From assembly GCA_950072105.1 (NCBI GenBank), contig CATMOE010000081.1, positions 1 through 12,635 on the forward strand: 12,635 bases of DNA. Reading direction: 5' to 3'. The position numbers and the translations under genes were made by a program. The notes below the pieces were generated by a model. The model made no database searches, was not told the DNA's origin, and saw only the letters and a list, made by a program, of their open reading frames with translations. Shown in pieces: positions 1-7,458 of the stretch. The DNA comes from an uncultured Dehalococcoidia bacterium (GTDB lineage Bacteria; Chloroflexota; Dehalococcoidia; Lucifugimonadales; UBA3495). Each line of letters begins with the position of its first letter. Position 1 is the first letter of the stretch.

Positions 1-1455
1 TCTGACCGCGACCAGCCCGCCTTCCCTCAAGCGTACCTCCTGGAACACCTCCCGGGCCAGTCCCCGCTGTTGCGCCGGTGTCACTCCTGGATGGTTCCAA
101 AGCGCCGGCAGGTCCTGCAACAACCTGGAAGCCCGGTCAAGGTTTGGCATCATGAGCTGAGGAGAAGAAGGTTGGATGCTCTTCACCTGTCGTTGCAGGA
201 CCTGGTGCTCTGCCTTGAACGTTCCATCATCTATAGCTCCCCAGAGGTGTTGCTTCCGGAGGTTTGCCAGGGCCGACTCTATCCTTTTGACATCCAGGCT
301 GTGGTCTGGCCGAGGGCCTTGGTTCGCCAGGGCCTTAAGGACCGTCTGGCGCCAGTCACCGTCCAGCTGCACGCAGGCCAGGACCTGGTCTGCGAATTCT
401 TGCTCTACCTTGGCGGCTCCCACGGAGCTGGGTCGCATGGGACAACGGTGCCAGCTATGGGTCATGCGTGGAGACTGTCTACCTCTGGAACCACTGGTGA
501 TGCCGTGAAAGGGCTGTCCACAGCCGTCGCAGACCAAAACCCCGGTGAGTGGGTATACCCGCTGCTCCCTTCCCGGTGGGCTGTGTCGCCCTGGTGTCGA
601 TCGTTCTACCCTCACGTCCTGGCATCTCTGCCACAACTCTTTCACTTCTTCGGGCACATGATGAAGGCCGTCCCTGATCACTTCATCGGGTTGGCCCCTG
701 TGGTAGACGGCCTTGCCATCGTAGAACCGGTTGTTCAAAACCGTGCTGATGGAACTTTCGGTAAATGGTTTGCCGCTGGCTGTACGGTGACCCTTGCCGT
801 TCAACTCCAGGGCCAGGGTCCGGAAGGAATATCGCCCCGATGCGTACTCTCTCAGCAACTCGGTCAGTACCGGCATCGTCCTTTCATCGGGTACGATCCT
901 GGCACCCCTACCGCTCGTGGGCTTCTCCTGCCGGTAGCCCAGAGGCGCGCGTCCGATGGCGTGACCCAGGGCCGCTTTCTCGTACAGACCAGCGGAGACG
1001 TAACGGGAGAGGTTCCGGCTGTACTGCTCGTCCAGGGTCTCGTTGATGCGTTCGGCCAGGAAGTCCCGGTCGCTACCGCTGATGATGCTCTGGGAGACGA
1101 AGACCACCGTCTTACCCAGCAGACGAAGCTCTTCTTTGTAGCGGATGCACTCGGCCTGGTTCCGCCCGAACCTGCTGGTGTGGTCCACCAGCAGGACGTC
1201 GAACAGGTCCATGCCGGCGTCTTCGAGAAGCCGCTGGAATTCCAGGCGCTTCTCGACGCTTCTGCCGCTACTGAACTCGGTGTACCAGCGGCTGCCCAGC
1301 ACCAGGCCGTAGGTCTCGGCGAACCGCTCCTCGTTGCCCCTCTGTATCGCTGGACCGAAGCCGTCCTTCTGGTCAAGGGTCGAATCCCTTATGTAGCCTT
1401 CAGCCCTAAGGCCGCGAAGGTCATCAAACGTCAATTGCCGGTCCCTGTACGCCAT
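1..1455 (-). CDS. Large serine recombinase (resolvase domain + recombinase domain + Zn ribbon + coiled coil), 3' end beyond window edge
   Basis: Manual minus-strand translation: MAYRDRQLTFDDLRGLRAEGYIRDSTLDQKDGFG (Y-x-R-x-S, Ser codon 1381-1383), DHTSRFGRN, GRAPLGY, VLNNRFYDG, PLTGVLVCDGCG. Frame is open to position 1. AGGGAG lies upstream; alternative in-frame ATGs at 1461, 1464 and 1485. Confidence 0.95.
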   Translation of the reverse strand, partial: MAYRDRQLTFDDLRGLRAEGYIRDSTLDQKDGFGPAIQRGNEERFAETYGLVLGSRWYTEFSSGRSVEKRLEFQRLLEDAGMDLFDVLLVDHTSRFGRNQAECIRYKEELRLLGKTVVFVSQSIISGSDRDFLAERINETLDEQYSRNLSRYVSAGLYEKAALGHAIGRAPLGYRQEKPTSGRGARIVPDERTMPVLTELLREYASGRYSFRTLALELNGKGHRTASGKPFTESSISTVLNNRFYDGKAVYHRGQPDEVIRDGLHHVPEEVKELWQRCQDVRVERSTPGRHSPPGREQRVYPLTGVLVCDGCGQPFHGITSGSRGRQSPRMTHSWHRCPMRPSSVGAAKVEQEFADQVLACVQLDGDWRQTVLKALANQGPRPDHSLDVKRIESALANLRKQHLWGAIDDGTFKAEHQVLQRQVKSIQPSSPQLMMPNLDRASRLLQDLPALWNHPGVTPAQQRGLAREVFQEVRLREGGLVAVR

Positions 1456-1738
1456 CACCATCATCTCCCTGGCCAACCCTGGCATCTTTGTCCGGTGGCA
1501 GATCACACCGGGATGGACATGATACATCGGAGTTCCGTGAACCGGTCACCTCTTTATCGTTTTTATCCAGGTCACCCTGGATACCGTGAGCATCTTCCCA
1601 TGACAGGGCCGATCGCAGCATATCGACCAGGGCCTTGGCCAGACCGGTAGACTGCACACCAGAAGGTCTGTTATGCGCTCTACCCTCACCATGTACGTCA
1701 CGTTCATCCATACTGACAGGCTTGCCAATCTCCTTCAC
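1424..1738 (-). CDS. Small hypothetical protein upstream of and overlapping the recombinase start
   Basis: 104-aa ORF with GTG start and a GAGGTG SD-like sequence very close upstream; same orientation as the recombinase. No recognisable domain. Confidence 0.45.
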   Translation of the reverse strand: MKEIGKPVSMDERDVHGEGRAHNRPSGVQSTGLAKALVDMLRSALSWEDAHGIQGDLDKNDKEVTGSRNSDVSCPSRCDLPPDKDARVGQGDDGDGVQGPAIDV

Positions 1739-1768
1739 CGCACCTCAGATAGCGGCGGTGGCGTTCTC

Positions 1769-1797
1769 TTGGTGCTACGCGAAATGGTCTCTATGAT
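1769..1797 (+). promoter_or_regulatory. Possible sigma70-type promoter for the 1894-2463 gene
   Basis: TTGGTG (1769-1774), 17 bp, TATGAT (1792-1797). Confidence 0.3.
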
Positions 1798-1893
1798 TGA
1801 ATCACGGGGTTGCCAGAGTGACGGTAGACGGGCGAACCCGGTCAAATATGGGCGATTACAGGCGAAGACGAGAGGGTACGGCAGATGGATGGG

Positions 1894-2463
1894 ATGACCT
1901 GGAACACCGAAGAGGTCAAGAAGCTGAGAAGGTTGCGCTTGGATCCCATCCGGAACACGCCTGACAGGCTCCGGTCATTGGTGGAGCATTTTCTCAAGCC
2001 GGGCGCCAGCGTGTTTGCAGTGACCGAGGGCGATGGCCCGGTCAGGGTGTCTAAAACATTGGCCAGGAAGGTGCGGGATCTGACTTCTAAAGGTGAGATG
2101 GGGTGGGTACTGGAAGCTCGACCCCGGGAAGAGGGGGATGACCCTTTCGGGCAACCCTGGGTCACTCTGCTGTGGAGCTACCCGAAGGAATTCGCCGCCG
2201 CCGTTGCCGCGTACCAAGCCGAGTTGGAGTTCGAAATTCAGGCTAAAGAGATAGCGGACGGGGATAGGGTGACCTTCACTCGCCAGGCCACCAGGTACGG
2301 ACCGGACCACAAGCCCTTCGTGGAGGCCATCTTCAACCGTGACGCCGGGTTAAGAGACCTACGCCGTGGTCACCGTGCGGCCCTTGACTCGGGAGACGTA
2401 GAAACAGCCCGATCGATCAGCATACAGATCGGTGAACTGTTGGATGGCTGGGTCTCAGGATAG
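1894..2463 (+). CDS. Hypothetical protein (~189-192 aa), divergent from the recombinase
   Basis: Open frame with globular-protein composition (MTWNTEEVKKLRRLRLDP...); start at 1885 or 1894; followed by a hairpin. Confidence 0.7.
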   Translation: MTWNTEEVKKLRRLRLDPIRNTPDRLRSLVEHFLKPGASVFAVTEGDGPVRVSKTLARKVRDLTSKGEMGWVLEARPREEGDDPFGQPWVTLLWSYPKEFAAAVAAYQAELEFEIQAKEIADGDRVTFTRQATRYGPDHKPFVEAIFNRDAGLRDLRRGHRAALDSGDVETARSISIQIGELLDGWVSG

Positions 2464-2464
2464 A

Positions 2465-2484
2465 ACACCCTCGTACCAGGGTGT
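2465..2484 (+). terminator. Hairpin immediately after stop codon
   Basis: ACACCCT-cgtacc-AGGGTGT; no U-tract, so terminator function is uncertain. Confidence 0.3.
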
Positions 2485-2620
2485 CCATAGCAGTACTGGC
2501 GGGAGATTCAGTAAACCGAGGGTAAGTCGTGAAGTAGTGGTCGCTTCCCCGAGAAAGTCCTGGGACTTGTGATCCGACCACAACAAGCGTTCCGTGGTCG
2601 GCGGCATGGTTCTGCAATGA

Positions 2621-2858
2621 CCCGTGTACGGTTGATTCACGGTTTTTACGGGAACCCGTATACGGCACGTCACGGGTTCTCCCTGACTTTTTCACGGTTT
2701 CTTTACGGTTTACACCGACTAACTACACGGCTTTCCCACGGTTCTCTACGGTTTTCACGGTAACCCGTATACGGGACGTCACGGGTTCTCCCCGACTTTT
2801 ACACGGTTTCCTCAGGACTTCTCACGACTTGCCGTGAAGTCGTGCACGACTTTTCACG
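2621..2858. repeat. Helically phased (~11 bp) ACGG/GACTT motif array with a ~60-bp imperfect direct repeat at 109-bp period
   Basis: ACGG at 2628, 2639, 2648, 2662, 2672, 2694, 2705, 2727, 2738, 2748, 2757, 2771, 2781, 2803; gaps filled by GACT(T) variants; AACCCGTATACGG at 2653 and 2762. Confidence 0.9.
2817..2858. repeat. 42-bp exact direct repeat, copy 1 (palindromic)
   Basis: ACTTCTCACGACTTGCCGTGAAGTCGTGCACGACTTTTCACG, identical to 4776-4817. Confidence 0.97.
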
Positions 2859-3026
2859 TTGGAAGTCGATGACTTACCCGGGTTTTCTCCATGTAGAAGT
2901 CCCAAAAATCCCGCGATACCGCCGAGAAGCCGTAAGGAAGTCGACAACACCGTAAGACTCCAAGTCTCAACACAAGTATTACCTGTGTGGACGACCTAGA
3001 TTCGGCTTATAAGCACCCCCACCCTA

Positions 3027-3032
3027 TATAAT
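3027..3032 (+). promoter_or_regulatory. Consensus -10 box, possible near-leaderless promoter
   Basis: TATAAT 11 nt before ATG 3044; no SD and no good -35. Confidence 0.35.
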
Positions 3033-3043
3033 CCCCAACAACG

Positions 3044-3439
3044 ATGCTGCAACGATTAGGTAGATACGAAGTCTTAGAGACCCTGGCCGGTGGTGGCCAG
3101 GGCACGGGCGATGGGGAGTTCGACTCCGCGGGGGGTGTCGCGGCGGCATCCGACGGCAGCGTCTACGTTACAGACCCATTCCAGCACCGCATCCAGAAGT
3201 TCACATCCGAAGGCGTGTTCGTTACCAAATGGGGAACGCCTGGAGAGGGAGACGGGGAATTCAACCGTCCTGCTGCCGTCGCGGTGGCATCTGACGGCAG
3301 CGTTTACGTTTCAGACTGGTTCAACCACCGCATCCAGAAGTTCACCTCCGAAGGTGTGTTCGTTAGCAAATGGGGCACGGAGGGCACTGGCGACGGTCAG
3401 TTCATCCAACCGGCTACCGTTGCGGTGGCATCCGAATGA
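3044..3439 (+). pseudogene. Remnant of a Ser/Thr kinase-NHL repeat gene: ~20-aa kinase N-terminus fused to ~2.5 NHL repeats, interrupted by the MFS gene
   Basis: MLQRLGRYEVLETLAGGGQGT resembles Hanks kinase subdomain I; then 47-aa (141-bp) NHL units GDGEF..VAVASDGSVYVSDWFNHRIQKFTSEG; the third unit stops at VAVASE. Confidence 0.8.
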
Positions 3440-4704
3440 GCAGCGCCAACACAGCACGCTACGAAGACCTTCCCCGCAGTTACCACATATTCAAGTGGCG
3501 GATACTGCTTGCTTTCGCCGGCTTCTACCTTTTCCTCTACCTGGGCCGTTTCAACTTCTGGCCCGTGGCTCCCTTGGTCAAGGAAGACCTGGCGCTCAGC
3601 AACTTTGAGATCGGTCTGGTAAACGCCCTGCTCCTCTGGGGTTTTGGCCTTGGCGACTTGGTCCACGGCCGGCTGGCCGAGACCTACGGCCTGCGCCTGT
3701 GGGTGCTGGTTGGCGCAATCCTCACCACCGTTTTCAACATTATCACCAGCTTTGCCACCTCGGCGGTGACCATGGCTATACCGTGGGGCATCGCCGGGTT
3801 CGTTAACGCCGCCTGTTGGTCCCCTGGGATCAGCATGGTTTCCCAGTGGTGGCCCCGCCGGCAGCGGGGCTTGGCTATGGGCATCGTGGGCACGGCGTCG
3901 GGGGGAGCCATGGTGATGATGTGGTGGGTCTCCGGCTACGTGGGCGCGGAGTGGGGCTGGCGGGCGGCCTTTCGCTATCCCCCGTTGATAATCGTCGTGC
4001 TTGGCATCGCCTTCTACTTCCTCGCCAGGGACCGGCCCTCCGACGTTGACCTGCCCGAATACGTGGAGGAAGACGAGGTCTCGGCCGCTCCCGAATCCTT
4101 GGACCCAGAGCGTTTCAAGGGCTTTGGTCCCTATAAAGAACTGTTGTCCAACCCCAAGTTCCTGCTGGCCAGCCACGTGAAAGGACTGGAGAATGTGGTC
4201 CGCTATGGTCTGACCACCTGGGTGCCCATCTATTATTTCGAAGAGGGCGGACTGTCCATCGAGTCCACCATTCTGCTAACGATCTTGCTGCCCATTGGCT
4301 ACCTAATCGCCCGGCCGGTCGCTGGAATCATCTCGGACCGTTATCTGGGCAGCCGCCGCCGTCCCATGGTTATCTTTTCCTGCACCGCCAGCGCCTTGGT
4401 GCTGGTGGCCATCGCCCTGGTCCCGCCGACAAACGTTACTTTGGGCGCTATATTGCTGCTGATCGGTGGACTGTCCATGGGCATGTCCTTAATAACCACG
4501 ATAGCTGTGGACATCGCGGGGCGGCATATGTCCGGGACCGCTTCGGGCCTACTGGACGCCCATGGGTATGCCTACGCTGGGGCCCAGGCCCTGATCTTCG
4601 CCGCCGTGCTGGACATGGCCGGCAGCCCCTGGCCGATAGTCTTCTTGGCTATGGCGGCCACCAGGGTGGTCTCGGGGATTATGATCTCCCGCGTCAACGT
4701 CTGA
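3436..4704 (+). CDS. MFS transporter, GlpT/UhpC (organophosphate:Pi antiporter)-like, 422 aa
   Basis: About 12 hydrophobic segments; YLGRFNF in TM1, QWWPRRQRG, RYGLTTWVPIY, GIISDRYLG motif A-like; ATG 3436 overlaps the upstream TGA (ATGA). Confidence 0.9.
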   Translation: MSSANTARYEDLPRSYHIFKWRILLAFAGFYLFLYLGRFNFWPVAPLVKEDLALSNFEIGLVNALLLWGFGLGDLVHGRLAETYGLRLWVLVGAILTTVFNIITSFATSAVTMAIPWGIAGFVNAACWSPGISMVSQWWPRRQRGLAMGIVGTASGGAMVMMWWVSGYVGAEWGWRAAFRYPPLIIVVLGIAFYFLARDRPSDVDLPEYVEEDEVSAAPESLDPERFKGFGPYKELLSNPKFLLASHVKGLENVVRYGLTTWVPIYYFEEGGLSIESTILLTILLPIGYLIARPVAGIISDRYLGSRRRPMVIFSCTASALVLVAIALVPPTNVTLGAILLLIGGLSMGMSLITTIAVDIAGRHMSGTASGLLDAHGYAYAGAQALIFAAVLDMAGSPWPIVFLAMAATRVVSGIMISRVNV

Positions 4705-4718
4705 AGAGCCCCGCAGGG

Positions 4719-4775
4719 TCCAACGGTAGCGTCTACGTTTCAGATTCCCACAAATACGCCATCCAGAAGTTCACC
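4719..4775 (+). pseudogene. Continuation fragment of the interrupted NHL repeat
   Basis: Translates SNGSVYVSDSHKYAIQKFT; DNA similar to the upstream repeats (TACGTTTCAGA, ATCCAGAAGTTCACC). Confidence 0.9.
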
Positions 4776-4817
4776 ACTTCTCACGACTTGCCGTGAAGTC
4801 GTGCACGACTTTTCACG
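4776..4817. repeat. 42-bp exact direct repeat, copy 2
   Basis: Identical to 2817-2858; directly abuts the NHL fragment. Confidence 0.97.
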
Positions 4818-4916
4818 ACGGTTTTCCAGTAGTTGAGCGAATGAGATTTCATCGGAAATCGGCAAATTCAACTTTGCCGAGCAGCATCGATTAGCCAGAT
4901 AAGTCAAAATCGATGG

Positions 4917-4946
4917 TTGACGTCACCAAACGCGATAGACTATATT
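4917..4946 (+). promoter_or_regulatory. Possible sigma70 promoter of the ABC operon
   Basis: TTGACG (4917-4922), 18 bp, TATATT (4941-4946) in an AT-rich intergenic region. Confidence 0.4.
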
Positions 4947-5053
4947 CCCTATCACCATATACGAATCACAGAAGAATCAATTCAAATATTGATATCTCTT
5001 ATATGGATATAAAGTAAATATCTTAGCGGGAACTTTTTCGCATCGGTAAACAG

Positions 5054-5070
5054 GTAATCTAATCGATTAC
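5054..5070. promoter_or_regulatory. Palindromic operator-like site
   Basis: GTAATC-N5-GATTAC overlapping the perfect palindrome TAATCGATTA (5060-5069). Confidence 0.3.
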
Positions 5071-5143
5071 TAAAAATTGGTTCATGATGCCGAAGGGCGA
5101 CTACAGGGTCTTAGCCGTTTTGAAGTTCGGAGGTTCGGAGATT

Positions 5144-6934
5144 ATGTTCGATCGGTTCAAAAAGCCTAGTTTCATTCTATTTTCGTCCTTGATGCTATCG
5201 CTACTGGTTCTAGTAGCGTGCGGATCGTCGGCAACGGAGGCACCTCAAGCAGCTGCGCCGAAAGCAGCTGCGCCGAAAGCTGAGTCGAAAGCGCCGGGTA
5301 CAACGGCCGTGCCCACTGCCGCGGCGGTGGCTACAACCGCACCGGTGGTGACAGCGCCATCAGGGCCCAGCGGCACCTTTAATTACGCCAGGAAAGACCT
5401 GTTTCCCTACAACGTCTTCCCTACCCTTACACAAGGTGCTGGATATTTCTTCCACGGATTCACCGGCGGTGAAAATCTCATGTCCAGAAACGCGGAAGGG
5501 ACACTCATACCGAGGCTGATGAAAGAGTGGGACGTCGCAGCCGATGGAGTGACTTGGACGTTCAAGCTCGAGGAGGGCGTCCAATTCCACAAAGGCTACG
5601 GGGAGATGACCGCCGAAGATGTCATCTGGAGCATGGAGCGGATTGGAAGTGAGAATTCCAAGGTGGCCTACAGGTCGAACATCCTGAGGATCTGGGGTAT
5701 CCCAGAGGGGCGTACCAAAGCCATTGATGACTACACCATTGAGGTGGACACCGGTGTACCTCAGTATGATACGTTGAGTACTCTCTCTTTCCCCCACATA
5801 AGTGTCTTTAGCAAGAAGCAGATAGCGGATGTGGGAGAAGAGGCGGCGACCAAAGACGTCGCGGCCACAGGGCCTTGGTCGTTTGAAGAGCACGAAGCCG
5901 GCGTATTCACCAGATGGTCGGCGGTGGACCCCCACTGGCGCAAGACCCCCGAATGGGCCGAGTTGGATTGGCGCCACATACCCGAAGAGTCCACTCGGAT
6001 AGCCAATTTCCAGACGGGCCTGCTGGACTCCATGGAGATGAACTTGGACTCCATACCCGCAGTCGAGCAGACGGAAGGCGCCACTCTGATGAGGGTGCCG
6101 GGCGGCACCGCGGTAGCCCTTAGCTTCTATGGCAACTGGTATGTGGGTTTGGGCACCCCGGAGCATAAAGAGAGGGCCCCCGGCTACGATCCTTCGCTGC
6201 CCTGGATATCCGGCAACGCTGACCCCGAATCCGAAGAGTGGAAGACAGCCGCCAAGGTCCGCACGGCCCTGTCCATCGCCATCGACCGCCAGTTGATAGT
6301 GGACACCCTCCTTCTAGGCGAGGCTCAGCCCGACCCCGTGTTAGCTTGGGCCGCCAATGTCAACAAGCTTCCTCCTGAGCTGAGGCAGTGGGAGTTCAAC
6401 CCGGACAAAGCCAGGGAACTCCTGGCGGAGGCCGGCTATCCCGATGGCTTTACCCTGGATATCACGCCCGTCAGTGGATACAATTATCCTGAGGTGAGTG
6501 AGGCCATCGGGCAGATGTGGGAGTTGATAGGCGTCAAGGCCAAACAGCAGAACATGACCTACGCTACTATCCGTCCGCAAATAGTAAATCGCACCTACAA
6601 TCAGGTATACAGCCACCAACACGTCGCAGTCGACCCCCTTGACCGTTGGGCAATCGCATTCCGAGCTGGAAACGCATGGAACTTTGGGGTTGACCACCCG
6701 ATCTTGGAAGAGTTGATGGATAAAGCTGCGGGCATCGTCGACGAGGACGAGCGGTATGCAGTGGAGGTGGAGGCCGCTAGATTCACGTACGAAAACGCCC
6801 TGGCCGTTGGGCTCTTCGCCCAAAACCTGGTTTGGCCTATGAGCGCCAGGACGGCCCCCTGGTTCGAGCATATGAACTTCTCGGAAACACGGCAATTAAC
6901 CTCCTTCGAGTGGGCGCCCAACAACAGTAGATAG
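5144..6934 (+). CDS. ABC transporter substrate-binding lipoprotein, family 5 (DppA/OppA/NikA-like), 596 aa
   Basis: Signal peptide with lipobox LVAC, Ala/Pro/Thr linker, WTFKLEEGVQFHKGYGEMTAEDV, TGPW, KVRTALSIAIDR, KARELLAEAGYPDGF; GGAG upstream of ATG 5144. Confidence 0.95.
   Translation: MFDRFKKPSFILFSSLMLSLLVLVACGSSATEAPQAAAPKAAAPKAESKAPGTTAVPTAAAVATTAPVVTAPSGPSGTFNYARKDLFPYNVFPTLTQGAGYFFHGFTGGENLMSRNAEGTLIPRLMKEWDVAADGVTWTFKLEEGVQFHKGYGEMTAEDVIWSMERIGSENSKVAYRSNILRIWGIPEGRTKAIDDYTIEVDTGVPQYDTLSTLSFPHISVFSKKQIADVGEEAATKDVAATGPWSFEEHEAGVFTRWSAVDPHWRKTPEWAELDWRHIPEESTRIANFQTGLLDSMEMNLDSIPAVEQTEGATLMRVPGGTAVALSFYGNWYVGLGTPEHKERAPGYDPSLPWISGNADPESEEWKTAAKVRTALSIAIDRQLIVDTLLLGEAQPDPVLAWAANVNKLPPELRQWEFNPDKARELLAEAGYPDGFTLDITPVSGYNYPEVSEAIGQMWELIGVKAKQQNMTYATIRPQIVNRTYNQVYSHQHVAVDPLDRWAIAFRAGNAWNFGVDHPILEELMDKAAGIVDEDERYAVEVEAARFTYENALAVGLFAQNLVWPMSARTAPWFEHMNFSETRQLTSFEWAPNNSR
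5247..5280 (+). repeat. 15-bp in-frame tandem repeat in the SBP linker
   Basis: AAGCAGCTGCGCCGA x2 plus a partial copy; encodes AAAPK units. Confidence 0.85.
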
Positions 6935-6982
6935 AGGGGCTGGCAAAAGTAGACCGCGTTAGCTCCAAGCAGCGGAGTTAGC

Positions 6983-7414
6983 TTGAGAGCAGTTATCCTG
7001 ATCATTGCTGGGCGCGCTGGACTAGGAATCCTATTTGCCTTGGTGTTCAGCATGGTTGGGGTGGGGGCAGGCGTATTCGTATACGTCGCCTCAGGAGCGG
7101 TCTCTAAGACCACGCTGGAAGCCATGCTTTTTATCGGAGCGGGCCTAGGGGCCGGCCTTGGGGCGAGCCTGGCTTGGTTGCAACTTGAAGGCAACGCGCG
7201 TTCGATTCTCATACTTACCACCCTGGTGGCTCTTCTAATGGGCGTAGGTGGTGCCTGGGCTGGATATGAGTATGGAGCAAACAGGGAGATTGAGTGCTGC
7301 GCCACCTCTGAGGTCGGGATTTTTTCCTACGCGGCCTTTGGGGCCACCTTTGCGGCGAATGCGGCGGTCCTATTTCTGGGAATTGCTAGGGAGATAATCA
7401 CCAGAACGCGGTAG
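6983..7414 (+). CDS. Small 4-TM membrane protein of unknown function
   Basis: Four Gly/Ala-rich hydrophobic segments, loop motif REIECCATSE; TTG start with GGAG upstream; co-oriented within the operon. Confidence 0.8.
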   Translation: MRAVILIIAGRAGLGILFALVFSMVGVGAGVFVYVASGAVSKTTLEAMLFIGAGLGAGLGASLAWLQLEGNARSILILTTLVALLMGVGGAWAGYEYGANREIECCATSEVGIFSYAAFGATFAANAAVLFLGIAREIITRTR

Positions 7415-7458
7415 GCCCATATCAAGGCGGGCTCGATATTTGATGGCGGTGCGCTGAC

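Noticed and set aside
70..1650. 526-aa + strand ORF
   Set aside because: Exact antisense register of the serine recombinase; no motifs of its own.
2621..2858. CRISPR array
   Set aside because: Only two long imperfect copies, the intervening sequence is itself repetitive, and no cas genes are present.
3370..3435. Longer MFS start given in the ORF track
   Set aside because: These 22 codons are out-of-frame NHL coding sequence; ATG 3436 fits the family length.
4859..4880. TCGGCAAA-N6-TTTGCCGA hairpin as a terminator
   Set aside because: No U-tract; cannot distinguish operator, terminator or chance.
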